From positions 64,232,001-64,296,000 of the forward strand of contig NC_045699.1 in NCBI RefSeq assembly GCF_009834535.1: a DNA stretch of 64,000 nucleotides. Reading direction: 5' to 3'. The DNA is from Camelus ferus. Taxonomy: Eukaryota. The notes under the pieces were generated by a model. The model made no database searches, had not been told where the DNA came from, and worked only from the letters and a program-made list of their open reading frames with translations. Positions 36,387 to 48,989 of this stretch are shown one piece after another. The position numbers and the translations under genes are program-made. Each line of letters starts with the position of its first letter. The stretch's first letter is position 1.

Positions 36387-37574
36387 TTGAGCTAAATTGT
36401 ATTTCTAGTCTGTTCCCCTGTGTTGATGAATCTCAAAGGTTAATCTGAGATTTATAAATCTGAACCTCTTTATCTCTGTCTCAAGAATGTATCTTCAAAA
36501 TTCTCACAAAAGTTGGGTCCTCTGTCACAGATTTCTTGCACCTGGGAACTGTGAACTGTCCTCTACCCTCTCTGGTTCCATGACTTTATTCTCCATCTAA
36601 ACCTTCACATTTTTCACTCAAAAACATATCCTTTCTGTGTCATAATTGACAATTCCTCCATCCCACTGCTTCCCTTGACGGCAATATTTGTACCTCATTC
36701 TATTCTTTGGGTTTTTGGTACCAATATCACACTATTTTCTACAAGAGGATTACAATTTCTTATTTTCTGTTCCCTTTCTGTTTACTGTTATGGTGCAATG
36801 TAATCTTAATCTCACCTTTTCTCTGTATCTAACATCACACACTCAAGTTAGAAAGTCTGGGTAGAGCTGTGTTCCTTCTTTTCCACATTCTCACAAAATT
36901 AGGGGTTCCCTTCTTTGTCATTTTCTATAACAAAGCTTTCCTATAGAACAGCTCGCCCCAGTGAGGCAGCCTCACTTACATGTACTCACTCTGGGACCCT
37001 ACCAACCCCAAGAGGCTCCAATTTTGTCCTGATGAAATATTAATTAGAATGGGATGAGCCCTTGTACCTTCCTTTATCAACTCAGATTGTCGCTCAGGAG
37101 TCTGCTTCTTCTCCTTCCTGATGTCATACTATCTCATGGAGGCAAAAGCCATAAAGATTCTGAAACGAGCTGTGTCTGCAGGGAAGGTCTACCCTTTGGG
37201 GGCCACCGTAGCCTCCATAATGACAATAGTTAGGCAAGAAAAAACCTTAAGGGAATCTTGATTCCCATTTCATCATGTCAAGAAGCCATTTTTCATAACT
37301 TATCCTTTCTGCAATTATTCAGGTTTTGTTATTAATCCAAACATCTTAACTCAGCTGAATTAACTGTAAGGCATGAGGCTTTATGATACTGCAGTGGGAC
37401 AACTCTGATGGCCATTGTGTTTCCATTCTGCTCACCAATTACTTTCTCATTTCCAGCCCTCACTCAACTGCATCCTTTTGCTGGATTTCATCTAGCTGTT
37501 TTGCCTCATCTATATTAAAACTATCAATCATCCTCAGAATACGTGATTTAAACAAGTCTTTGAGTAAAAAATAG

Positions 37575-40450
37575 ACAGCAGGAGGTAGATCACCACATTG
37601 AAAAAATTGAAATTTGTCCATCTCCTCCAGGTTATCCATTTTGGTTCCATACAGTTTTTCATAACATTCTCGTATGATATTCTGTATTTCTATGTTATTT
37701 GTTATAATTTCTCAATTTTCCTTTCTTATTTTGCTTATTTGTGCTCTCTCTTTTTTCTTCTTTGTGAGTTTGACCTGAGGTTTGTCAGATTTTATTTACT
37801 TTTTCAAAAAAACAGCTTTCGGTTTGATTGATTTTTTCTATGGTTTTTTTAATCTCTATTTTATTTGTTTCCTCCCTGATCTTTATTATTTCCTTCCTTC
37901 TGCTGACTTTTGGGTGTTTTTGCTCTTCTTTTTCTAGTTCTTTTATCTGGTGGGTTAGATTGTTTATTTGAGATTGTTCTTCTTTTTTGAGGAAGGCCTG
38001 TATCACTATAAACTTCCCTCTTAGCACTGCCTTTGCTACATCCCATAAAATTTGTGTGGTTGTGTTTTCATTATCATTTGTCTGATATTTTTTAATTTCA
38101 ACTTTGATTTCATAATTGGCCCATTGGTTTTTTAATAGCATATTGTTTAATCTCCATGCTTTCCTTTTTTTCTCCTTTGTTTCTCTGCAGTTGATTTCTA
38201 GTTTCACGGACATTGTGGTCAGTAAAGATGCTTGAGATAATTTCTATCTTCTAAAAATTGTTGAGGCTTCTTTTGTGCCCAAGTACATGATAAATCTAGA
38301 AAATATTCCATGTGCACTTGAAAAGAATGTATATCCTATTTTGGGGGGGTGTAATGCTCTGAAAATATCCGCCAACTTTAATTTTTCTATTGTAGTATTT
38401 AATTCCCTGTTGCCTTATTTATCTTCTGTCTGGAAGATCTGTCTAGTGATGTTAATGCAAGTTAAAATCTCTGACAATGATTGTATTCCCATCAATATCC
38501 CCCTTTATCTCTGTTAGTAAGTGTTTTATGTACTTAGGTGCTACTATATTGGGTGCATATATATTAACTAGTGTAATATCCTCATCTTGTATTACTCCTT
38601 TAATCATTATAAAATGTCCTTTTTTATGACCTTTGTTTTAAAGTCTATTTTGTCTGAAATCAGTACTGCTACACCTGCTTTTTTGGCTTTTCCATTTGCA
38701 TGGAATATCCTCTTCCATCCTTTCACTCTCAATCTGTATGTGTCCTTCTCCCTAAAGTGGATCTCTTGTATGCAGCATATTGAAGGTTCTTGCTTTATTA
38801 TCCAGTCTGCCACTCTATGTCTTTTGATAGGAGCATTTAGTCCATTAACATTTACAGTAATTAATGATAGATGTGTGTTTATTGCCATTTTGAACTTATT
38901 TTTGCAGTTGATTTGGTATTTTCTCTTTGTTCCTTTCCTCTTCCTTTTCTGGTTTGGTAATTTTCCTTTGTATTCTCTTGGATTTTATTTAGTTTTTGTG
39001 ACTCCCTTGTAAGTTTTTGGCTTGTGGTTACCCTTTTTTGTAAGTCTATTAGCCCATTACTATAACTGTTTTTATTAAACAGAGAGTAATATAATCTCAA
39101 ACCCATCCTACTGAGAACAAAAAATTTTAAAAAGAAAGAAAAAAACCTCTATATTTTCTTGCTTCCCTCTCCCACTGTTAATGATTTAGATGTCTTCTGT
39201 TATAATTTTGTGTTTATTCTATTTGTAATTCATGGTAGTTTTCCCCTTTCCAGTTATGAATTTCTCATTTTTGTAGCATCCTACTTCTTTTCTATTTAGA
39301 GTAGAACTTTCAATATTTCTTTTAGCATGGGTTTAGTGTTGCTAAACTCCTTTAGTTTTTGCTTGTCTTTGAAAATATTTATCTCTCCTTCTATCCTTAA
39401 GGATAGCCTTGAGGGATAAAGTATCCTAGGCTGCATCTTTTTTTCACTCAGGACTTTGAATATATCTTGCCACTCCCTTCTGGCCTGTAGAGTTTGTGTA
39501 GAGAAATCAGCTGAGAGCCTTATGGGGGTTCCCTTGTACTTCACTCTTTGTTTTTCTCTTGCTGCCTTTAGGATCATTTCTTATCCTTGACTCTGGCCAT
39601 CTTGATTATGATATGTCTTGGTGTGGGTCTGTTTGGGTTCTTCCTGTTTGGGACCCTCTGACTTCCTGTACTTGGATATCTGAGTTCTTCTTTAAGTTTG
39701 GGAGGTTTTCAGTCATGATTTCTTCAAATACTTTTTCAATTCCCTTTCTTCTTTCTTCCCCTTCTGGAACCCCTATTATGCATAGATTGGCACGCTTTAT
39801 ATTATCCCATAGGTCCCTTATGTTTTTTTCATTAGTTTTTATTTGTTTTTCTCTCAGCTGTTCTGATTGTGTGCATTCTGTTGTCCTGTCTTCTAGGTCA
39901 TTTATTCATTACTCTGCGTTATCTAGTCTGCTTTGTACAGCCTTTAGATCAGCTCTCATCTCAGCCAATGAGCGTACCAATTCTACTTGGCTCTTCTTTA
40001 TAGCTTCAATTTCATTTTTGACATATTTTATATCTCTAAACACTATCTCTTTTAGTTCCTTCAGTACATTGATCATTCCTTTTTTGAAATCTTCATCTAG
40101 TAGGCCATCAATGTCTATTTCATTGATCATTCTTTCAGGGGATTTCTCTTGCTCTTTTAATTGGCAGTAGTTCCTCTGCTTCTTCATCTTGCTCATATAT
40201 CTCTGGCACTGTGGCTTATGGAGTATCAGTTACCTATTGTGGTCCTTAAGGAGTTTATTTATTTATCTGTCTAACACCTTTGCAGGAATAAAACAGGTTT
40301 TTGACATCTTTGTCTTTTGAAGAGGGCAATGTTCTGTCGGAGTTCTGCAGGTGCTCTGGTTGGCTGAGTGGATCCATGGATGTGAGTTTTGGTGTGTTTG
40401 TGGGAGAGGGTGAGCTACAAGCATCCTTCTACTCCACCATCTTGGCCCCC
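37575..40450 (-). mobile_element. L1 5' half: 5' tip, disrupted ORF1 (40196-39296), about 400-nt spacer, ORF2 endonuclease (from 38888); 3' part missing
   Basis: ORF1 MSKMKKQRNY...ILKAAREKQRVKYKGTPIRLSADFS; ORF2 MAINTHLSLITVNVNGLNAPIKRHRVADWI...WDVAKAVLRGKFI; 5' terminus gggggccaagatggtggagtagaagg. Confidence 0.95.
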
Positions 40451-40479
40451 TTCCTCAGTCTCATTGGTTTCTGATTTAT

Positions 40480-41830
40480 TCTTATTGTGTTTCTTTTTGC
40501 TCAAATGTTCAGATACATGTATATTTTATTTTCCCTTTATTTTTACACAAAAAGTAGCATGCTGTAGATGCTCTTTTACACATTGCTGTTTTCACTTCAA
40601 AATTTGTCCTGGAAGTCCCTCCATATTTATTCATAGATTTCTTTATCATTATTTTTTTCATACCTGCAAATTACTTAACTGCATTGATGTTCTGCAGAGT
40701 ATCCTTTTGAGGTTCTAGAATAAGATAGTGGTGTTGAGTGTGCTAAATGCCACTGTATTGTATACTTTAAATGGTTAAAATGGTAAATTTCATGCCATGT
40801 TTATTATACTAAAATTTAAAAATGTTAAGAAAAAGCAAGATCAAATCTCTACATAAATCACAGAAGAGAATTATAAAATAATAACAATGTATGATTAATA
40901 AGTAAATAGAGGAAGGGATAGAATAACACAATACATACTTAAATATCAAAAGGGAAAAAGAAAAGAGAGAATAAATATGAACCCAGGTATCTCAATTAGA
41001 AAGCATATAGAAATATGGAAAATATAACTTCAAATGCATTCTGGCTACATTTGATGTTAATAGATCAAATTCCCTAGAAATACAATGATTGTCAATCTAT
41101 ATAAAAAGAGTAAAACCCAGTTTCACACTGTTAGGGAACTAACTCTAACACTTTACACATCTAAGGACATAGAAAAGTATGAAGTAAACTGATGGAAAAG
41201 AAATACCATGTAAACACCAATGAAAAGAATGCTGGTATATCCATATTAATATCTTAGGAGGTAGTTGAGATATTAAGGTAGGAGCCATTGCTAAAGAGAA
41301 ATATCTCCTAATTAGAAGTGCAGTGGTGTGCTGTTAAATGAATAAGAAATGGCTATTGAGGGTGAGCTTTGCTTTGTAGCATTGACCAATTTCCATAGTG
41401 TAATTATCCCCTCTATGGCTGATTTCAGTCTACCAATATGTTGTCATTGAATGTGGAGTTGGAAAGAGATGTTCATAATCATCTTGAAGCCAGTGCAAGC
41501 CAGCTTCAGCACATCTTACATAGAAGAATCAGTCCACCAAGGAGCAGATCATGATGCTACATATGTGTGTTCTCAAATAACATAGTATAACAAGTATTTA
41601 AGCAAAAACTGACATATCTGAAGGAGAAAAAGACAAATCCACAATTATAATTGTGTGACATGTTTCACATATTTTTTTATGTATTTTATGAGATGATGAA
41701 AAAGCAGAAAAAAATTAATTAAAGATAAAGAATATTTAACAACCCAAGTAACACACTGGACCTAACTGACATATTAACAACACTGCACATGACAGCAGAA
41801 TGCGTATTCAGAGTTGCCAACCATATAATA
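40480..41830. mobile_element. Patchwork of ancient L1 fragments
   Basis: L1ME-like 3' piece (minus), L1MB-like tail at 40725-40830, and endonuclease-region piece at 41000-41800 (plus). Confidence 0.55.
41320..41515. mobile_element. MER63-like hAT DNA transposon
   Basis: Left cagtggtgtgctgttaaatg and right gccagcttcagcacatc form degenerate inverted termini. Confidence 0.6.
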
Positions 41831-41887
41831 ATTTTAGGAGATCTAGCTCACTGCGTTCATGACTGCAGTAAGAGGATTTAGTCATTG

Positions 41888-42825
41888 TCACTTCAAGAAG
41901 TTAGCCCTATTGACAACTATTTCTAGGGCCTGTTTTATATCTCTGTTCCTGAGGCTATAGATGAAAGGGTTCAGCATGGGAGTAACTACTGTATACATGA
42001 CTGAAGCAATCACGTCTTTGTTATTGGAGTCCCATGATGAGGAGAAAAAGTAAACACCAGCAAGTGTCCCATAGTATAAAGACACCACAAAGAGATGGGA
42101 GCCACAGGTGGAAAAAGCTTTAAAGAGTCTCTTAGTGGAGGGGACTCTCAGGATGGTAGCCCCTATATGAATGAATGAGGCTAAGATACTACTCAAAGGC
42201 AGGATGAACAGCGTTCCTCCCTCAGTGAAGATGACCAGCTCATTGAGGGAGATGTCCGAGCAGCTCAACTTGAGGAGCACAGTGAGGTCACAGAAGAAAT
42301 GGGGGATGGTATTGTCAGCACAGAAGGACAGTTGGACCAAGAGGAGGGTGTGCAACAGGGCATGGATACAACAGAAGACCCAGGACCCAGCTATTAATGA
42401 GATGCACAGCTCCTCCCTCATGATGGTGGTGTAGTGAAGTGGCTGACAGACGGCCACATACCTGTCATAGGCCATCACTGCAAGAAGGAAATTGTCAAGA
42501 CAACCAAAAAGTGTGAAAAAATGCATCTGGGAATGCACCCCACATAGGGGATGGATCGTTGCTGAGTCTGCATGTTCACCAGCATCTTTGGGACAGTGAT
42601 AGATGAGAGGGANNNNNNNNNNNNNNNNNNNNNNNNNNNNNNNNNNNNNNNNNNNNNNNNNNNNNNNNNNNNNNNNNNNNNNNNNNNNNNNNNNNNNNNN
42701 NNNNNNNNNNNNNNNNNNNNNNNNNNNNNNNNNNNNNNNNNNNNNNNNNNNNNNNNNNNNTGTGGCCGGATGGGGAGCCCCAGGAGGAGAAACTCGGACA
42801 TGCTGCTCTGGTTCCCCCTCCTCAT
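41888..42825 (-). pseudogene. OR1J-subfamily receptor with a single -1 frameshift near 42532 (42613-42760 masked)
   Basis: [21 protein letters not shown]...ITVPKML...[15 protein letters not shown]...HFFCD...KAFSTCGSHL...[12 protein letters not shown]. Restoring one T (att[t]cccagatg) gives 939 nt = 312 aa. It is a close paralogue of 2799-3743. Acceptor ttcccaccAG at 42840-42839. Confidence 0.88.
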
Positions 42826-43205
42826 GCCCTTCTTGTCTCTGGTGGGAATTGGGGAAAGTGGGAAATGTCAGTGAACATGCCATAGCATTATAGTAATGGC
42901 CTTTTTAGTGTGAAAATTCTTATTTTTAGCTACTTTTCTCTTTATTTCTCACAGTTGTTGCTGTATGAATCAGTCTGCCCCATTCTGGCTCCAATAATAG
43001 ATCAAATCCTCACATTAATCAAGTCTTTTTCCAAAGAAACCAAAGGAAATTTCTTTATTCAACAAATATTTATTGAAAAATAGCTCTGTCCCATACTGAG
43101 TACATAGTAGTGAACAAGAAATAAGAAGTCTCTGTGTTCAAGGAGTTTACATCTTTATATCAAGCCAGGTTCAAACCTCTATAATTTGCTGAGATCAAAA
43201 TGTAA

Positions 43206-43375
43206 AAAGGGTACCGGGGGGAGGGTACAGTTCAGTGGAAGAGCGTGTGATTAGCATGCACGAGGTCATGGGTTCGAACCCTAGTATATCCACTAAATAA
43301 ATAATAATAATAAATAAACCTAATTACCTCCCCTCATAAAACAAAAAAACACAAAAAATCTTTTTAAAGGGTACC
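43206..43375 (+). mobile_element. vic-1-like SINE, full length
   Basis: tRNA-Ala-like head, aataaacctaattacctcccc body and A-rich tail; TSD aaagggtacc at 43206-43215 and 43366-43375. Confidence 0.93.
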
Positions 43376-44585
43376 AGGTAAGAGGTATCAGTCATTTTCT
43401 CTTAAAATGGGTGTGAAACTCCCTACATTGGGAAAGAATTACTGAAGCTTTGTCACAGAACTTCAGTGTAATTGGCTGTGTCAAATTCCCTGTTATCAAG
43501 TGTCCAATCCAGGCTTCCAAACCAACATTAATAATAGTACCAGGCATTATTCCAAGTGTTTAACATGCACTTTCAAATTAAATCCACATTAAAGCTCTAA
43601 AAATGAGATTATTATACTTATTTTGACTATAAGAAAACAAAATTGTGTATTATGTAAATGTGCAAAGATATAATTAAGTGTAGCAGATGGAATCACAACA
43701 CTTGTCTGCCTCACCAAAATCCATGTCTTAAACTCCTCTGCATAGAAATTATACCCTCGCTGGTTAGAATATCCAGAGAAGCTGTATTATGTCCACTACC
43801 TTTGTCAAAAATGTTCTTAACTCCCTCTAAGAAAAATTTGCCACTCACATTTATTTGTCCATTATACAATTTACAAAGAACTTTTGCATGCTTTAACTCC
43901 TCTCAAAGCAATAATTATATATTTAAGGATTGTTTGATACACAAGGCGACTATTATATCCTTATTTTATAGATGTGAAAACTGAGGGTAAAGAGATAAAT
44001 GACTTACCTAAGGTCACTCAGCTTTTTGGTGGTGGGTTCCAGATTTAGTATTTCTTTGGAAGTTAGGTTGCAGGTGAGGATTACCAATGACATAACCCTG
44101 AAGAGGGAATCAAGACTGACACCGTCACTCAAGTATAGGTGCAGGACAGCAAGTCTCCCTCAGGGACACTGAACTTGCTCAGGGACACTGGTTATCTCAG
44201 TTCATGGCCACCAAGGAGGACAGAGACTTGACCAGTTATGTGCAGGCGTGGCCGTTCACTGACATACACTGTGCGAGTCCTCACAGAGAAACCAGCAGAA
44301 AACAAGATGGTTGGAGCCAACTAGGAACCCTGATTCAGGTAGGGCCTGGTGAAGGAGGCAGCTGGGCCATGAGCCCTGGAGAGGTTTGATCTTGGCCTTG
44401 AAGTATGAGAGGGAGCCTTTGGATGGGCCTGTTTTCTCAGGCTTCTACCTGTTCCATCCCAGACAATGGTGAAAGAGGAGCCCCTATGACACAAACCCCC
44501 ACAAGGTGGTTGGTGAGTGAGGCACTTGGGCCCTATTCACTCACAGGAACTACCCCGTAAACACTAGCTGCAAATAAAATAGAGC

Positions 44586-44590
<5 letters not shown>

Positions 44591-44625
<35 letters not shown>
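44591..44625. repeat. (AC)n microsatellite
   Basis: About 17 AC units. Confidence 0.92.
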
Positions 44626-44627
<2 letters not shown>

Positions 44628-47011
44628 ACGGAGAGGGACAAAAACCATGAAGAAAACATACATATATCCACATTATAGGAGCAAAGAAACGCCACACAGA
44701 CCCACGTGGAGTGCATACGCAGACCTCTAGACGCAGAGACACGTCTTGCCCACCTAGAATTCCCAGCTCACGCTGACCTGTGCCACTCAGGGAGCTCAGG
44801 CACCTTCTAACCCAAGCAGTTTACTAAGCATTGAGCTTCTGTTGAGAACCCCATGAACTAAAAAGTAAGAAGAGCCCTCTCTGAGCCCGTGACCTCCTGA
44901 GCTTTCTGTGACTGTCCTTGAGCGCCTGAGCCACAGGCGGGAGGATACCATGTTATAAACCTCAGAGAGGACACATAAAAAGTCCCTAAGCTCCTGGTTA
45001 AGGAAAGAATCAAAGTAGACTAATTGCCTCCAATGCCTTGGGGAGGAGCCTGTGCGGAGGCTGAGGGACTGAGCTGCTACAGTCACCTGAGAGGGTACCC
45101 CAGACTCAGGGCCACCCTGGGCTCCTCTCCGCCTGCTCACAGTTCCAGGAGTAAGGATGGCTCAGTCATCCACAACTCCAATGCTGCCAGCCCACTGGGT
45201 CAGCCTCTCCCATCAGCACATTACAGTCCAGGAACAGAAAGTCTGGCTTCTGCAAACCCCCACACCGCTTACACTTGCTACCATGAGAGCGCAAATCTGG
45301 CTTTAACTCCACATCCTGCAGGTACCTTCTCTCCCTTGGGAGAGACTTCAGCGTTTTTAGAGGGAGGAGGTGGAGTCCTTGGGCTCAATGCTCAGAAGAA
45401 GCACTGGGCCTGGGCCATGCCGCTCATTAACTGTTGGCCCTCAGCACACTAAGTAGCCTCTCAGCCCTGTTTCATCAGCTGTGAGGTGCAGGTAACAACT
45501 GCATCGTCATCACGAAGTTGTTACTGAGATTAAACGAGACGATTCACGCTAAAGCACACAATGAGTGCAAATAAATAACAGCTCTTGACACATTCTCTTT
45601 GTATCTTCCAAAAATAAACAATTATATATACATACATATACATATATATTACATCTAGAATTACATCTAGAATCATTGACATTGTTATAGAACTGATATT
45701 GAGTGAACGATTGAATTTTTTGATTAATGAATTCTCTTGATCTTGGTAAGAACTTACTCCCTCCCTAAGAAAGAACTAAATTGTCCCCACAGAGTAACGA
45801 TAAAATTATGTGATTCACATTTCAGTCAGCTAAGCTATCCACTTTTATCCCCACTTTGTCCAACATATGTGAACTGACATCTTCATTGGCTGGATGATTG
45901 CAGACTCCCTCAGTGCCAGAGAAAGCCCTCAGACAGAGCAAAAACGCAAGCACTTCACTAAGACGCTGTGAGCTTGCTGAAAACTGTCTAATGCCGCTTC
46001 CAATAACCCAAGCGGGACAAGGAGCTCCAGGGCGGGCATCAGCTACATTCCACACCATGTACTACCCACCTCTACCCGTGCCCCCACGCTGAGCCTGGAG
46101 GATGGGAGCCAGTCATACACTCTATAAACAGAATTTAAAAGGGTGCGTTAGTGGAACAAACTACAGTCTTTGCCACTACAGCTGATCCCAAGGCTATAAC
46201 TGAAATTTATCATTAGCCTTCCTTTTACCATCCATATTGACTTCCTTTATCCTCCTCCAACACTACCACCAGTCAAGATTGCTTCCCTGATGGAGACCCA
46301 GATCTTCATTCGTCAGAACTCTTGCTTATCCTGCTCTGTTTACGCATCATGTGACAGAGCTACAATTGCCTGTTTAATGTTATTACTGGTAGGGAAATCG
46401 CCTGTAGTTCTTCAAGATAATTAGGGTCGATTACTCCTGAACTCAGAGTAACTCCTTTCTTTGTCTCATGCCTTCCAGAATGAAGAACCTAAAATTGCCA
46501 GGCAGCCATCACACTTTGAGATCAGGGAACCACTCCTATGTTCTCTGTGCAAGCACCCCTCCACAACCAACGACCAAGGCTCCTAATCCCACAGTAAAGT
46601 TGCAGGGATGGGAAGTACCCATAACAGGAAAGGTCCATAGGGATACATCATAGACCTAAATGTAAAGCAAAAAACCTTTAAATTTCTAAAATATAAATGA
46701 GAGAAAAATCTAGATGACCTTGGCTATGGCCATGACTTACATAAAACACCAAAGGCACCATCNNNNNNNNNNNNNNNNNNNNNNNNNNNNNNNNNNNNNN
46801 NNNNNNNNNNNNNNNNNNNNNNNNNNNNNNNNNNNNNNNNNNNNNNNNNNNNNNNNNNNNNNNNNNNNNNNNNNNNNNNNNNNNNNNNNNNNNNNNNNNN
46901 NNNNNNNNNNNNNNNNNNNNNNNNNNNNNNNNNNNNNNNNNNNNAAGCTTCTTCTGTATAGTACAGACAACTATATTCAATATCTTGTAATAACATTTAT
47001 TTTGAGCATAA

Positions 47012-47280
47012 TCTTTATTGAACAGATCCAAGTATGAAATGTGTATGGGAACATTTTCTAGGATTGATCATGTACTTGGGCACAAAAGAAGCCTCAACAA
47101 TTTTAAGAAGATAGAAATTATCTCAAGCATCTTTACAGACCACAATGCCATGAAGTTAGAAATCAACTGCAGAGAAACAAAGGAGAAAAAAGGAAAGCAT
47201 GGAGATTAAACAACATGCTATTAAAATACCAATGGGTCAATGATGAAATCAAAGTTGAAATTAAAAAATACCTTGAGACA
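47012..47280 (+). mobile_element. L1 ORF2 endonuclease fragment
   Basis: GTFSRIDHVLGHKRSLNNFKKIEIISSIFTDHNAMKLEIN. Confidence 0.92.
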
Positions 47281-48585
47281 TTTTGGAGTAGGGTTCCTTC
47301 TGGACATATGCCCAGGAGCAGGATTCCTGGGTCATATNNNNNNNNNNNNNNNNNNNNNNNNNNNNNNNNNNNNNNNNNNNNNNNNNNNNNNNNNNNNNNN
47401 NNNNNNNNNNNNNNNNNNNNNNNNNNNNNNNNNNNNNNNNNNNNNNNNNNNNNNNNNNNNNNNNNNNNNNNNNNNNNNNNNNNNNNNNNNNNNNNNNNNN
47501 NNNNNNNNNNNNNNNNNNNNNNNNNNNNNNNNNNNNNNNNNNNNNNNNNNNNNNNNNNNNNNNNNNNNNNNNNNNNNNNNNNNNNNNNNNNNNNNNNNNN
47601 NNNNNNNNNNNNNNNNNNNNNNNNNNNNNNNNNNNNNNNNNNNNNNNNNNATTTTTTTCTTATTCAGTCGTATGAGCTGCTTATATATTCTGGAGATCAA
47701 GCCTTTGTCGGTTTCATTTGCAAAAATTTTCTCCCATTCCGTAGGCTGTCTTTTTGTTTTACTTATGGTTTCCTTTGCTGTGCAGAAGCTTATAAGTTTC
47801 ATTAGGTCCCATTTGTTTATTCTTGCTTTTATTTCTATTGCTTGAGTGGACTGTTCTAGGAGAACATTTTTGAGATGTATGTCCAGATAATGTTTTGCCT
47901 ATATTTTCTTTTAGGATGTTTACTGTATCTTGTCTTATGTTTACGTCTTTGATTCATTTTGAATTGATTTTTGTGTATGGTGTAAGGGAGTGTTCTAGCT
48001 TCATTGCTAGAACATGCTGCTGCTGACANNNNNNNNNNNNNNNNNNNNNNNNNNNNNNNNNNNNNNNNNNNNNNNNNNNNNNNNNNNNNNNNNNNNNNNN
48101 NNNNNNNNNNNNNNNNNNNNNNNNNNNNNNNNNNNNNNNNNNNNNNNNNNNNNNNNNNNNNNNNNNNNNNNNNNNNNCCATTTGCAGCAACATGGATGCT
48201 CCTGGAGAATGTCATTCTAAGTGAAGTAAGCCAGAAAGAGAAAGAAAAATACCATTTGAGATAGCTCATATGTGGAATCTGAAAAAAAAAAGCATAAATA
48301 CAAAACAGAAACAGACTCATAGACATAGAATACACACTTGTAGTTGCCCAGGGGGTGGGGGGTGGGAAGGGATAGACTGGGATTTCAAAATGTAGAATAG
48401 ATAAACAAGACTATACTCTATAGCACAGGGAAATATATACAAGATCTTATGGTAGCTCACAGAGAAAAAAATGTGACAATGAATGTATATATGTTCATGT
48501 GTACCTGAAAAATTGTGCTCTACACTGGAATTTGTCACAACATTGTAAAATGATTATAAATCAATAAAAAAATGTTTAAAAAAAT
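47281..48585. mobile_element. 5'-inverted L1 (minus 47281 to about 48024, plus about 48025-48585)
   Basis: Minus-strand ORF2 C-terminus (KLISFCTAKETISKTKRQPTEWEKIF) followed by plus-strand 3'UTR and tail. Confidence 0.88.
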
Positions 48586-48989
48586 GACTCTGCTAAGAAA
48601 AAAAAAGAAATATCTGAGATTATATGAGAATTTGAGAGTTTCTTGGGAATGCAAACTGTTGTGACCAAGACCAACTGGGGTGTTGGACTGGTTAATTTAA
48701 AATTCCACAAAGATCTTCTATCCTGGTTCAGTGGCTTTTCTCCTGGCTATCTGTTCTTGTTGATGATGTAAACCTTTACCTAGCTTTTAGAGTTCCAGTA
48801 AAGTTGCTTCTAATGGTATTTGCCAAGTTTTTTGGTGTTTGGGGGGAGGAACTATCCCTGGAGTTCTGTCCTCTGCCATTTTTTGCTCCAAATGGCTCTG
48901 CTGGCAGTCAAGGTCTCCCAGTCTACACTACTTGTCTTTCATTGCAATATGACCCATTCCCCCACTGAGTTATGTTATTTTGTACAAGT

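Noticed and set aside
37785-40196. Active L1 or domesticated L1 protein
   Set aside because: ORF1 and ORF2 contain stops and frameshifts, and the RT and 3' half are absent.
42826-42883. 331-aa ORF starting MACSLTF
   Set aside because: This is out-of-frame read-through across N bases. The real start is the ATG at 42825, and the frames join at the 42532 indel.
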